From an uncultured Clostridia bacterium (GTDB taxonomy: Bacteria; Bacillota; Clostridia; Christensenellales; UBA1242), in the NCBI GenBank assembly GCA_944349415.1, contig CALVMX010000001.1:45677-109676 (forward strand): DNA of 64,000 nt. The letters are read 5' to 3'. Shown piece by piece: positions 26,138 through 35,414 of this stretch. The notes below the pieces were generated by a model that was not told where the DNA came from, did not search any database, and was given only the letters and a program-made list of their open reading frames with translations. The translations under genes were made by a program, and so were the position numbers. Within the stretch, counting starts at the first letter, position 1; each line of letters begins with the position of its first letter.

Positions 26138-26731
26138 TTATTCATTTTTAGGAGTCTCTTCCTTTTTTTCTTCATCTTCTTCTTTTTTACTATTATCTAC
26201 ATTTTCAGCAATATTACTATTTTGTTCTTCTTGCGTTTTTTCTGTCGCAGTTGCATTTGTTTCAACTGGTCTAACATTCATCAATTCTTCAACTTTTTTC
26301 TTTTCATTTACTAAATCAACAATAATCATAACGGTTGCTACAACCAAAGCGATAAAGCAAATGATACTGAATATGAGTGTTCCGACATTTGTAGCACCGA
26401 CAAAGCTTATAATAAGTAAAATCATTACAAGAAAATTAAAGACAATTGCTGCGATAGTTGTTGGCTTTTTCTTAGCATAAACTTCTGGAGAAGCATTAAC
26501 ATATTTGAACATTAAAATAGTTAAAATGAATGCTACAACAATGAATGCTAACAAGAAAATGTAAAGAGCAAGCACCATTGCCAATGAAGCCATTTCAGCA
26601 CTGGTAAAATCACCTGAATATGCCGACAAGGCAGAAATGATAACAAAGAAGTCCATAATGTTTAAAATTAATTGAATACCATAAACAACTGTTGCCATAA
26701 TGATTGCAATTAGGCTTAAATTACGTTTCAT
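26138..26731 (-). CDS. Polytopic membrane protein with Glu/Lys-rich C-terminal tail (197 aa)
   Basis: About five hydrophobic segments; no named motif. Confidence 0.6.
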   Translation of the reverse strand: MKRNLSLIAIIMATVVYGIQLILNIMDFFVIISALSAYSGDFTSAEMASLAMVLALYIFLLAFIVVAFILTILMFKYVNASPEVYAKKKPTTIAAIVFNFLVMILLIISFVGATNVGTLIFSIICFIALVVATVMIIVDLVNEKKKVEELMNVRPVETNATATEKTQEEQNSNIAENVDNSKKEEDEEKKEETPKNE

Positions 26732-26861
26732 AAATCCTCCAAACTAAATTATTAGTTTTATTAAATCATAAATTCTTTAATTTGTCAAATAAAAATGTAT
26801 ATGTTTTTATATTTTTTTATTAATTCATAAATAAATTTATGTATATTTGCTAAAAAATATG

Positions 26862-26886
26862 AAAAAAGGGCAATTTGCCCTTTTTA
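26862..26886 (-). terminator. Intrinsic terminator after dut
   Basis: AAAAGGGCAA-T-TTGCCCTTTTT palindrome flanked by A/T runs, so it could act in both directions. Confidence 0.6.
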
Positions 26887-26937
26887 AAATATCAAATATT
26901 TTTATTAATTTTAAGAATCAAAATCTGTCACAGACAA

Positions 26938-27405
26938 TTATTTTTTATTTGTTGAACCAAAACCACCTTTTCTGACAACGTTAGCATTTGTTTCAGCGTC
27001 ATCATCAACTGTTAAAAATTTGAAGAAGAAAATTTGACCAATTTTATCTCCCGCCTTAACTTCATAAGGAGTTTTATTTAAATTATGTAGTAAAAAGCCG
27101 ATATTTCCATCATTAGATTCATTGTCAGCATAGTCACTTTCAATAATACCGATGCCATTAGCAAGAATTATTCCTTTTTTCCCAAGCCCACTCGTTGATG
27201 CCAAAATAAAGCCTTCGTCAGTATTGCAATATGCCTTAAAGTTTGTAAACACAAGTTCGGTAGATTCAGGTGGAATTGTGATATCTATTGGTGAAAAGCA
27301 GTCATATGCCACCGCATGTTTAGTTGCCCTATATGGTTTTTTTAAAGTTTTTGGATGCACTCCATATTTTATGAATTCTTTTTTTACAAGTTCAAACTTT
27401 CTCAT
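26938..27405 (-). CDS. dut: dUTP diphosphatase (trimeric dUTPase family)
   Basis: GIGIIESDYADNESNDGNIGFLLHN (GxIDxxY-type motif 3), KIGQIFFFKF, and a C-terminal RKGGFGSTNK P-loop-like motif 5. Confidence 0.9.
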   Translation of the reverse strand: MRKFELVKKEFIKYGVHPKTLKKPYRATKHAVAYDCFSPIDITIPPESTELVFTNFKAYCNTDEGFILASTSGLGKKGIILANGIGIIESDYADNESNDGNIGFLLHNLNKTPYEVKAGDKIGQIFFFKFLTVDDDAETNANVVRKGGFGSTNKK

Positions 27406-27492
27406 GTAATCTTATTACCTTTTAAGGACTTTAAGTCCAATTTAAATCATACTAATTAACTACAAATTATTAATCAACAATTATAAAATTTT

Positions 27493-27996
27493 TTATTTAT
27501 AAGCTTCTTCTAACAAAACAACTTTGCCTTCCTTCAAAGTTTTCGGAATATCAATTACTCGCTGGTTGGAAGAGCCTCGCCATTTTAAAGTGAAGTCATG
27601 GAGTTCGTCAACATATTGACCGTCCACCAAAACATCAAGATAGTTTACAATTTCTTTGTCTTTTAAATAGTTTTCAAAAGTAAAGCCCGTCCAAGCCCAA
27701 AGATTTTTTTGTGGAAATTTTTCTTTAAAAGCCTTGGCAAGTTTAGTCACGGCTTCTATATTATTTGGATGCATAGGCTCGCCACCTAAAAGCGACAAGC
27801 CTTCCACATTTTCATTTTCACAAAGCTCTAATATATGAGAGATAGTCTCGTCAGTAAATTCTTTTCCACCATTAAAATCGTGAGTTTCTGGATTAAAGCA
27901 GTTTTTACAGTTAAAGGTGCAACCCTGAACGAACAAGGAAACTCTTACACCTTTGCCGTTTGAAATATCCATTTTTCTAATTTTATTGTATCTCAT
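27493..27996 (-). CDS. nrdG: Anaerobic ribonucleoside-triphosphate reductase activating protein
   Basis: GKGVRVSLFVQGCTFNCKNCFNPETH radical-SAM cluster motif. 4-nt overlap with nrdD. Confidence 0.93.
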   Translation of the reverse strand: MRYNKIRKMDISNGKGVRVSLFVQGCTFNCKNCFNPETHDFNGGKEFTDETISHILELCENENVEGLSLLGGEPMHPNNIEAVTKLAKAFKEKFPQKNLWAWTGFTFENYLKDKEIVNYLDVLVDGQYVDELHDFTLKWRGSSNQRVIDIPKTLKEGKVVLLEEAYK

Positions 27997-30155
27997 TCCT
28001 CGTCATCCTTATTGTCTATATGCAAAACTCTCTCTTTGATTTCTTGTGTTCTGCCTTTGTTCCAGAAGTTTGTGCCGATATAACCACAAGTTCTTCTTGC
28101 AACATTGAGTGTGGAGTGGTCACGATTTCCACAATTTGGACAATACCATTCAAGGTTGTCATCAATTAAGATTTCTCCGGTATAACCACATTTTTGACAG
28201 TAATCAGATTTAGTGTTAAGTTCGGCATACATAATATTATCGTAAATATACTTAATAACTTGCAAAACAACTTCCAAATTGTCTTGAAGGTTTGGTGTTT
28301 CAATATAGGAAACCGCACCGCCTGGACTAAGTTTTTGGAATTCACTTTCAAGTTTGAGTTTAGAAAAGGCATCAATTTCTTCAAAAACTGGAACGTGATA
28401 GGAGTTGGTGATATAGTCTTTATCGGTAATACCTTTTATAGTCCCAAATCTCTTCTTTAAGTTTTTCGCAAATTTATACGTAGTGGATTCGATAGGCGTT
28501 CCATAAACACTGTAGTCCATATTTTCCGCCTCTTTCCACTCTTTGCACTTATCGTTTAGATGTTGCATAACCTTGATTCCAAATTCTTTTCCTTCGCCAT
28601 TGTCAGTGTGTGAATGTCCGGTCATATATTTAACACATTCGTAAAGCCCAGCATAGCCCAAAGATATTGTCGAATATCCACCATGAAGAAGAGGATGAAC
28701 ACTCTCGCCTTTTTGAAGTCTTGCAAGTGCACCGTGTTGCCAAAGAATTGGAGCAACATCACTAGTAATATGTGCAAGACGTTCATGTCTTATTTGAAGA
28801 GCGCGGTGGCAAAGCTCCAACCTTTCATCAAAAATTTTCCAGAAATTATCAAAATCGCCATTGGAAGAAAGAGCAACATCAACAAGGTTAATTGTGACAA
28901 CACCTTGGTTGAATCTTCCATAATATTTCGGTTTGTTGGTTTTTGGGTCAACATATGGAGTAAGGAAGGAACGACAACCCATACATGGATAGCAATTTCC
29001 GTTTCCGTTTTTATCTATTTTAAGCTGTTTCATGATTTTTTCAGAAATATAGTCTGGTACCATACGCTTTGCTGTGCATTTTGCAGCAAGTTCGGTCAAA
29101 TACCAATATTTGCTGTTTTCATGGATGTTGTCCTCTTCCAAAACATAAAGGAGCTTTGGAAAGGCAGGAGTGATAAAGACTCCCTTTTCATTTTTCATAC
29201 CCTCAATTCTTTGTTTCAACACTTCTTCAATGATGAGCGCAAGTTCTTCTTTATATTCTTCCGTTTCGCCTAAGTAGAGACAAACACTTAAGAATGGTGC
29301 CTGTCCATTTGTTGTGGTCATAGAATTTACTTGATATTGGAAGGTTTGAACGCCGTCTTTAATTTCTCTTAAAACGTCCTCTTTAGCGAATTGAACGCAT
29401 TGCTCTTCGGACAGTTTTCTGTCACGATATTTTTGAAGATAACGTTTATAACTTTCTCTAACAAATGGTGCAAGATGAGTCATTGTAACGGTTGCTCCGC
29501 CATATTGGCTGGAAGTTACTGCAGTGATAATTTGTGTGGCAATGGTCATGGCAGTTAAAAATTTATGAGGTTTTTCTATCATGACACCATTGATGTTTGT
29601 GCCATTTTGAAGCATATCTTCAAGGTTGATAAGGTCACAGTTGTGAAGAGCGTTCTGCGCAAAATAATCCGCATCATGAAAGTGAATAATTCCCTCATCA
29701 TGAGCCTTCACAATATCTTCTGGAAGCAAAAATCTTCTAGTGATATCGGTGCTAGTAATTCCAGCCAAATAGTCTCTTTGTGTTGTGACTATTCGAGCAT
29801 TTTTATTGGAATTTTCTGTGTTCCAATATTCGTTTTCGCCGTCTATAAGCTCTTTGATTGACTGGTCAGTTGTGTTAGATTTTCTGACAAGAGCACGAGT
29901 ATAACGATAAATGATATACTTTTTGGCAAGTTCAAAATGTTTGAAATCCATAAGTTTTTCTTCTACAAGGTCTTGAATATCCTCAACGAGAATACGATTT
30001 TTGTTGATATTTTTTATGTAATCAACAATTTCTTGAATTTCTTTTTTACTTGCTCTCTCCTTTTCTTTCACAGTCTCATTGGCCTTTTGAATAGCCCCTG
30101 CGATTTTGCTAGGGTCAAAATCCACAATGTTTCCATTACGTTTAACGACTTGCAT
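27993..30155 (-). CDS. nrdD: Anaerobic ribonucleoside-triphosphate reductase (class III)
   Basis: N-terminal ATP-cone (VVKRNGNIVDFDPSKI). C-terminal zinc site CQKCGY...CPNCGN. Glycyl-radical motif RRTCGYIG. AAGGAGG RBS upstream of the ATG at 30155 (the track start 30248 is rejected). Confidence 0.95.
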   Translation of the reverse strand: MQVVKRNGNIVDFDPSKIAGAIQKANETVKEKERASKKEIQEIVDYIKNINKNRILVEDIQDLVEEKLMDFKHFELAKKYIIYRYTRALVRKSNTTDQSIKELIDGENEYWNTENSNKNARIVTTQRDYLAGITSTDITRRFLLPEDIVKAHDEGIIHFHDADYFAQNALHNCDLINLEDMLQNGTNINGVMIEKPHKFLTAMTIATQIITAVTSSQYGGATVTMTHLAPFVRESYKRYLQKYRDRKLSEEQCVQFAKEDVLREIKDGVQTFQYQVNSMTTTNGQAPFLSVCLYLGETEEYKEELALIIEEVLKQRIEGMKNEKGVFITPAFPKLLYVLEEDNIHENSKYWYLTELAAKCTAKRMVPDYISEKIMKQLKIDKNGNGNCYPCMGCRSFLTPYVDPKTNKPKYYGRFNQGVVTINLVDVALSSNGDFDNFWKIFDERLELCHRALQIRHERLAHITSDVAPILWQHGALARLQKGESVHPLLHGGYSTISLGYAGLYECVKYMTGHSHTDNGEGKEFGIKVMQHLNDKCKEWKEAENMDYSVYGTPIESTTYKFAKNLKKRFGTIKGITDKDYITNSYHVPVFEEIDAFSKLKLESEFQKLSPGGAVSYIETPNLQDNLEVVLQVIKYIYDNIMYAELNTKSDYCQKCGYTGEILIDDNLEWYCPNCGNRDHSTLNVARRTCGYIGTNFWNKGRTQEIKERVLHIDNKDDEE

Positions 30156-30187
30156 AATTTGCCTCCTTGGTTTAAGTCTACACAACC

Positions 30188-30217
30188 ATTTTATAATAGA
30201 TATGGTGGTTTTGTCAA
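30188..30217 (-). promoter_or_regulatory. Sigma-A type promoter of nrdDG
   Basis: On the minus strand: TTGACA (30217..30212), then TATAAA at a 16-nt spacing or TAAAAT at an 18-nt spacing. Confidence 0.45.
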
Positions 30218-30467
30218 GAAAATACATCAATATCTTGTGTTTTTTCAAAAAAATTTTTATTTATAAAATTTGCAAAAATATATAAAGTTTTACAAAATTT
30301 CTCTTTCGCTATTTTAAAAATAGCAAGTTATATATTTATAACAAAATACCGATTTTTTGTAAAAATTTATCTATTCGCAAAAACTTTATCGAGTCAAATT
30401 TAAACGTTTTTTTGCGGTTTTTAACAATATTTTAACAATATATAGATTAAAATAAAAATTAAAAATT

Positions 30468-30497
30468 TAAAAAAATAAAAAAACAGGCTAAGCCTGT
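30468..30497 (-). terminator. Intrinsic terminator overlapping the stop codon of CDS 30497..31342
   Basis: ACAGGC-TAA-GCCTGT (30483..30497), followed by a long U-run on the minus strand. Confidence 0.7.
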
Positions 30498-31342
30498 CAT
30501 TTTAAAAGTGTGGTCAATTTTTCATATTTGTCTTGAAGTGAAGAAATAACCTCTTTGTGTTCTACATCATAAATCATACTTCCATTTGTAAAAGACAGCA
30601 CATAAGTTTTTTGTAATACGAGCTCTTTTACATAAAGATCATCCTTGTCTGCACCTTCTGGAAATTTATGTTCTGTCTCCTCGATATCATAAGTGCCGTC
30701 AAAATCTGCCCATTCTTCGCCTTTCTTCCAAACCTTTATATTAAAGTCTTTGTAATCAAGTATTTCCACAGCAAAAACATTTTCTAAATCTATTTTTAAA
30801 ACCTTTGAGCCTAGAAACATAAACACATCGCCAAATTTATAACAAGGATTTCCGCTCAAAATTGTGGTCACTTCTTTGTCCAACTTTACTTCGTTAAACT
30901 TTTCATTAAAAAACATCAGTGCCTTGTGTTTTACATCTTTAGGTTCTGATGTATAGTTTTTCATGTCAGTTATTTCCAAAGGTTTTTTTAATAAAGAAAT
31001 TTTATCTTCCACACTTCCACGATGAGCAAATTCCTTTTGAATATTTTTTAACAGTGCCCAATTATCCTCTAAATTGTCTATTGTCTTAATATTGTCAAAT
31101 ATTTTTTCATCGTTTAATTTTTCTGATTCTATAACTTTGAATCTACATTCATCTAAAATTTTGTCCAATTTTTCATTTTTAAATAGACTGGAAATCTTAT
31201 CTAACTTCTGATTATACTTTTTAAAAATTAAATTTGAAGTGTATTTAGATAAATTCTTTTTTTCTTTAAAAAAGGCAATTATAATGAGTGCTAAAAATAT
31301 CGCAACTAATAATATTGTAAAAAGAGTTATTGCAATTTCCAT
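30497..31342 (-). CDS. N-terminally membrane-anchored hypothetical protein (281 aa)
   Basis: TM ITLFTILLVAIFLALIIIAFF; the remainder is soluble with no named motif. Confidence 0.6.
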   Translation of the reverse strand: MEIAITLFTILLVAIFLALIIIAFFKEKKNLSKYTSNLIFKKYNQKLDKISSLFKNEKLDKILDECRFKVIESEKLNDEKIFDNIKTIDNLEDNWALLKNIQKEFAHRGSVEDKISLLKKPLEITDMKNYTSEPKDVKHKALMFFNEKFNEVKLDKEVTTILSGNPCYKFGDVFMFLGSKVLKIDLENVFAVEILDYKDFNIKVWKKGEEWADFDGTYDIEETEHKFPEGADKDDLYVKELVLQKTYVLSFTNGSMIYDVEHKEVISSLQDKYEKLTTLLK

Positions 31343-31351
31343 GTTTTTCTC

Positions 31352-31873
31352 CTATTCGTCCTTCCTTTCTCTGTCCATAATTTCTTTAACTTTGTAATAG
31401 GCGTCTTGTGAGGCTGTATTGTCCATTTTGTTCCTGTTTGCCTTTTGAAACTTTATTTGTTCGTTATACTCGACTAAATATAGGATGTCTGAACACGCAA
31501 GTAAAATCAAGCCTACGGCATATAAAATTCCTGCCACAACTCCAACCCCAGAAATACTTAAAATGAAAAATAAGAAAGCGACAAAAAAGTCAAAAAAGAT
31601 GACCGAAAATAATATTTTTCTGCCTTGTCCAAAAAACAAGTCCTTCTTTTTAACATGGTAGATAAGCGAGACAAGCGAAAGAGCAAAAGTTACTAAAATC
31701 ACCAACATCAAAGCAAGATAAAGCGAACCTTCGACCGCCATACGAGTGTCATCTAAGCCACTCCTATAAAATTCTAGCCATGTAGTGACGATAATATAGA
31801 TAAGAGCGATGATATAAAGCCCAGAAACAATGGTTCCAATGAGAGATGCAATAAAATTTTTACTTTTAAGCAT
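31352..31873 (-). CDS. Polytopic membrane hypothetical protein (173 aa)
   Basis: Four hydrophobic segments. Located 9 nt upstream of the next gene. Confidence 0.6.
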   Translation of the reverse strand: MLKSKNFIASLIGTIVSGLYIIALIYIIVTTWLEFYRSGLDDTRMAVEGSLYLALMLVILVTFALSLVSLIYHVKKKDLFFGQGRKILFSVIFFDFFVAFLFFILSISGVGVVAGILYAVGLILLACSDILYLVEYNEQIKFQKANRNKMDNTASQDAYYKVKEIMDRERKDE

Positions 31874-31970
31874 AAAGACCTCTTATTTTGAATTATAACC
31901 ATTAAATAAAAAAAAGTCAAACAGATGCTATCTGTTTTTAAAATTTAATATATCATTTAGTTTCTAACTT

Positions 31971-32429
31971 CTATTTCATCACAAAACCTTCTAGCGAAAA
32001 ACTAGAGGCATATATTCGAGTTCTTTTTGTGATAATGTCCTGACAGAATTCCAGTTCTCCACTTTTAACTGATAAAATCATCAGTTTTAAAGTTAACATA
32101 TTCTCTAATGATATCAAAGACAAAAAACAGTTGGTCGGATTTTCCACATTTTGAAAATTACACTTAGATTTAACATTAAATTTTGCTTCAAAATCTTTTT
32201 CGTTTTGTAGCGTTACATCTTTTAACACTCTACAGTCTAGAAAATCTTTAAGCCTTTCCAAACAAGCCTTAATTTTAGAAAATAATAAACAAATTTCTTC
32301 TAGAAGTAGAGAAAATTCCTCTTCCTCAAGCTTAATGAAAACAAACCCCTTGTTTTTCATTGATTTCGAATAAGCACGAGCTATGTTTTCAAAATTATCC
32401 GCTAATTTGTCATCCTCATAATTTTCCAT
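31971..32429 (-). CDS. Hypothetical cytoplasmic protein (152 aa)
   Basis: Complete ORF; no motif recognised. Confidence 0.5.
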   Translation of the reverse strand: MENYEDDKLADNFENIARAYSKSMKNKGFVFIKLEEEEFSLLLEEICLLFSKIKACLERLKDFLDCRVLKDVTLQNEKDFEAKFNVKSKCNFQNVENPTNCFLSLISLENMLTLKLMILSVKSGELEFCQDIITKRTRIYASSFSLEGFVMK

Positions 32430-32612
32430 ACTTTTTTATATGACAACTACTATTTTTATGACACTCCTAGAAAATATGCAAAAAAAGTGTTTGTATCTAA
32501 AGAGAAAAAATAATGGTAACAAAAAATTTAAAAAAATATAAATCAATAAATCGAGTTATCCACATTTCCACATTTTTCACGTTGCTCTTTCTTTATTAAA
32601 CACATATAATTT

Positions 32613-32647
32613 GAAAAAATAAAAGTAGTAAGCAATGCCTACTACTT
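32613..32647 (-). terminator. Intrinsic terminator after the coupling-protein gene
   Basis: AGTAGTAAGC-AAT-GCCTACTACT hairpin (one mismatch), followed by a U-run on the minus strand. Confidence 0.55.
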
Positions 32648-32694
32648 AGTTAGATAATATTTTAAGCTTTATTCTTATGGTCACACAGCGTATG

Positions 32695-34701
32695 TTAGAA
32701 ATCAAATGGATTTGAAGCTTTTAAGATTTTCTTGTTTCTATCCTTAATGTTGTAATAAACTTTATCTTTATCTAGTGATTTCATGATGCCAACCTCTGGT
32801 TTAACATCGTTTTCATGGAAGAATGGTGTTTTGAAAGCAGGTGTCAATTCCAATTTGCAAGGTTGTAATCTATAAATTTTAACTACCACGGTTCCAAAAG
32901 GTAATTGACCGAGTTCATAGGAAGAAATAAGAGGTCTTGTTGTTCTTTGAACAGAAATGTTTTTAGAATTTCCGTCTGAGTCTTTCATACTTTTTGTCTT
33001 ACTTTCTTCTTCATACACAAGTTGAACTTCGCCACATCGTTTCGAGAAATCGTCACGTGTATTTTGGTCGTCTGTTCCGATAAAGATTTGAATATTACAG
33101 TTACCTTTGATAGTCTCCGCAGCCTCTTTGCCATATTTGGTTTCCAGCTGAGTATAAGACTGAATTAAAAGTTCATAAATAATATTTCTTGAACGCGAAA
33201 CTGTGATCATACTGTCAAACTTAGGAATTGGTGGCATGTTACCAAACTCATCAAGTAAGTAATAAACATGCCTTGGAAGTTTTTTGGAGTTGTATGAATT
33301 GGCTTTATCAACTAAACGTTTATATAGTTGAGAAATGCAAAGATTGGCAAGAGTATATCTTTCTTCCTTATCATCTGGAATACAAATATATAGAATTGTT
33401 GGCTTATCTGTGAATCCACCAAAATCAATATCGCTGTCAGAAGTAAGATAGGAAATACCAACGTCTTGCATAAAATTAATTTTACCTGTCAAAACACTGA
33501 AATAGGATTTTGCTGTGTTCGGAGCTGTGTTGACAACACCAGAAGTAAGTTGAGCAACCTCACTTTTTGTTTCATCACGTCCTTGAAGAAGATATTTTTT
33601 TAGAGTCTCAAATGGATTATCTGGATCAAGGTCACGATACGTGCAAATTCTATATAAGTTGTAGAAATTAAATTTTTCTCTTGTCATGCCAAGCTCTGGA
33701 ATTTGGCTGTCCTCAAGCATGGCTAGCATAACACCATATAAGAAACCTTGAGCACCTTCTTCCCAAGTTGGATCGTTTGCTTGACTTCTAGGAACCAAGG
33801 TTGTAGCAATTTCTTTAAGTTCGCCATAGGCTCTATCTTTATACATTTCTTCAGTGCTGGATACTGCTGTTCTAAGTTGATCGATGTCTGGATATGCAAT
33901 CCCATTGAATCCATACCATTCAGCCCCATATTTTTCTCCAGGTATTGGCTTAAAGCCAGATTTTTCTGGAGAAGCACCGTTGGTGCATTTTTTTACTTGA
34001 TTTTTAAAATTTACTGCCTCTTGATAGACATCGTAAGCATGTTGCATAGGATTCCAACGTGAAGAAGTAAATGGTTCACGAAGGTCATATTTATAAACAC
34101 GATAGCCTTCTTCTCTTAAAATATTGGAAGTCTTTTGATATAGTTCTCCCTTAGGGTCGGAAACAACCATATCTGGTTTTTCGCCAGAGTGTCCTAAAAT
34201 TCTTATAGTTGGCACCATTGTAAGCCAAGTTTTACCAGAAGCCGTCGCACCAATAATCATGGCATGAAATTCGTCTTTCATGGTTATGTTATATTTTCCG
34301 CCTCTTAACGAGTTTTGCACAACAAGTCCTGTCTTTTTTATGTTTGGAAGCTGACTCCAAGTTGTTCCAATAACACCATATTGCTTGCTTAACTCATCTG
34401 GAGCAAGCATTTTTGCGTTAAAAGTCAAGTCCATTTCCACGCCTTCTGCAGTTTTACCAGTTGTTTTTCCTGAAACATTTGACACTTTTTTCTTTCTTGT
34501 TGCCGCATAAAGATAGAAAAGTCCAAACAAGACGCCGACTGCTAAACCTACCCAAGCATAATCACTGATAAGCGCGCCTAAAAAGTCTGGATTATCGCTG
34601 GTAAAGTATAAAATACAAGCTCCGCCAATATATCCGATGACCATAAAGATAATAAATACAATGAATATTTTTTTAAATTTTGATTTTTTTTGTTCTGCCA
34701 T
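32695..34701 (-). CDS. VirD4/TraG/TraD-family type IV secretion coupling protein-like ATPase (668 aa)
   Basis: Two N-terminal TM helices. Walker A IIGATASGKTW and Walker B YYLLDEFGNM. TraG-D_C-like SRSRNIIYELLIQSYTQLETKYGKEAAETIKGNCNIQIF. Confidence 0.8.
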   Translation of the reverse strand: MAEQKKSKFKKIFIVFIIFMVIGYIGGACILYFTSDNPDFLGALISDYAWVGLAVGVLFGLFYLYAATRKKKVSNVSGKTTGKTAEGVEMDLTFNAKMLAPDELSKQYGVIGTTWSQLPNIKKTGLVVQNSLRGGKYNITMKDEFHAMIIGATASGKTWLTMVPTIRILGHSGEKPDMVVSDPKGELYQKTSNILREEGYRVYKYDLREPFTSSRWNPMQHAYDVYQEAVNFKNQVKKCTNGASPEKSGFKPIPGEKYGAEWYGFNGIAYPDIDQLRTAVSSTEEMYKDRAYGELKEIATTLVPRSQANDPTWEEGAQGFLYGVMLAMLEDSQIPELGMTREKFNFYNLYRICTYRDLDPDNPFETLKKYLLQGRDETKSEVAQLTSGVVNTAPNTAKSYFSVLTGKINFMQDVGISYLTSDSDIDFGGFTDKPTILYICIPDDKEERYTLANLCISQLYKRLVDKANSYNSKKLPRHVYYLLDEFGNMPPIPKFDSMITVSRSRNIIYELLIQSYTQLETKYGKEAAETIKGNCNIQIFIGTDDQNTRDDFSKRCGEVQLVYEEESKTKSMKDSDGNSKNISVQRTTRPLISSYELGQLPFGTVVVKIYRLQPCKLELTPAFKTPFFHENDVKPEVGIMKSLDKDKVYYNIKDRNKKILKASNPFDF

Positions 34702-34771
34702 AAGCCCCTCTAATATTTATTTTAAATTATATATATTAAAAAATCAACTAATTTTTAAGAAATAAAGGATT

Positions 34772-35323
34772 TTATCCTGAAATTATATATTGAACAACAA
34801 TAGGCATAGAGGTTTCAAGAGCATCAACATATTTCCTGTTGACGTCATTGGAAAAAGGTTGACTGGTGTTGTCTCTTTGTATCAACTCCTTTGGATCTAT
34901 TTTTAAAATATCTACTATACTCTCACAAAGAAGGTTAGAAATAACATAAAGCCCATTATCTTTGGTGATATTGCCTTTTCTTATGGCATCGTAGAGGACT
35001 CTGTCCACCGAAAAGATAACATCCAAAGCATACTTTAAGAAAAATTCAAGTTTGTCTATAGCAAAACAATTTCCATTGGCACATGCAAGAATTTCCCAAG
35101 ACATATATAAGTCATAGTTTGCTTTTAAATTTCCTGGCAAACCCTTGTTATAAAAATATGCTACACAATCTTGCGCAACAGGATCGCCTTCAAGTGCTTT
35201 TGTGCAGATATCCGAAAAAGTTTCGTCGAAATTTCCTTTTTCTGACGCATCCATAATTATTTTTCTAAATTTAATAAACTTTTCACGAGCAGTGTCTTTA
35301 TCAATAAATTTTTTATAATCCAC
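34772..35323 (-). CDS. Hypothetical helical protein with one Sel1-like repeat (183 aa)
   Basis: GDPVAQDCVAYFYNKGLPGNLKANYDLYMSWEILACANGNCFAIDKL fits the Sel1/SLR spacing. GTG start. TGCTATAAT-type -10 element at 35341..35349. Confidence 0.4.
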   Translation of the reverse strand: MDYKKFIDKDTAREKFIKFRKIIMDASEKGNFDETFSDICTKALEGDPVAQDCVAYFYNKGLPGNLKANYDLYMSWEILACANGNCFAIDKLEFFLKYALDVIFSVDRVLYDAIRKGNITKDNGLYVISNLLCESIVDILKIDPKELIQRDNTSQPFSNDVNRKYVDALETSMPIVVQYIISG

Positions 35324-35359
35324 TTTTACACCTCTAAGTTATTATAGCAAAAATTTATA

Positions 35360-35398
35360 AAAAGATAAAGAAAAAATAGTCTTTTACAACTATTTTTT
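35360..35398 (-). terminator. Intrinsic terminator after cls
   Basis: AAAAATAGT-CTTTTACA-ACTATTTTT hairpin (35372..35397), followed by a U-rich run on the minus strand. Confidence 0.55.
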
Positions 35399-35414
35399 CA
35401 AATTTAAGAAATAT

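Noticed and set aside
28614-29273. 219-aa plus-strand ORF inside nrdD. Similar antisense or out-of-frame ORFs occur inside pflB, the ABC genes, the 1252-aa gene (for example 19463..20002) and the AAA gene.
   Set aside because: All are embedded in genes with unambiguous family motifs on the other strand or frame. Their products are low-complexity with no RBS.
30223-30239. NrdR-box-like sequence ACACAAGATATTGATGT (minus strand) just upstream of the nrdD -35 element
   Set aside because: The left half matches the acaCwAtATaTwGtgt consensus, but the right half needs a 1-nt insertion. I could not find the usual second box at about 31-32 bp spacing. That is too weak to call as a feature.
32556-32581. 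Perfect DnaA box TTATCCACA (32556..32564) followed by two degenerate copies (ATTTCCACA, TTTTTCACG), which raised the possibility of an oriC or DnaA-regulated site
   Set aside because: There is only one perfect 9-mer, roughly what chance predicts for 128 kb of two-strand sequence. There is no dnaA/dnaN context, no AT-rich unwinding element organisation and no strand-bias switch. I treat it as unsupported.
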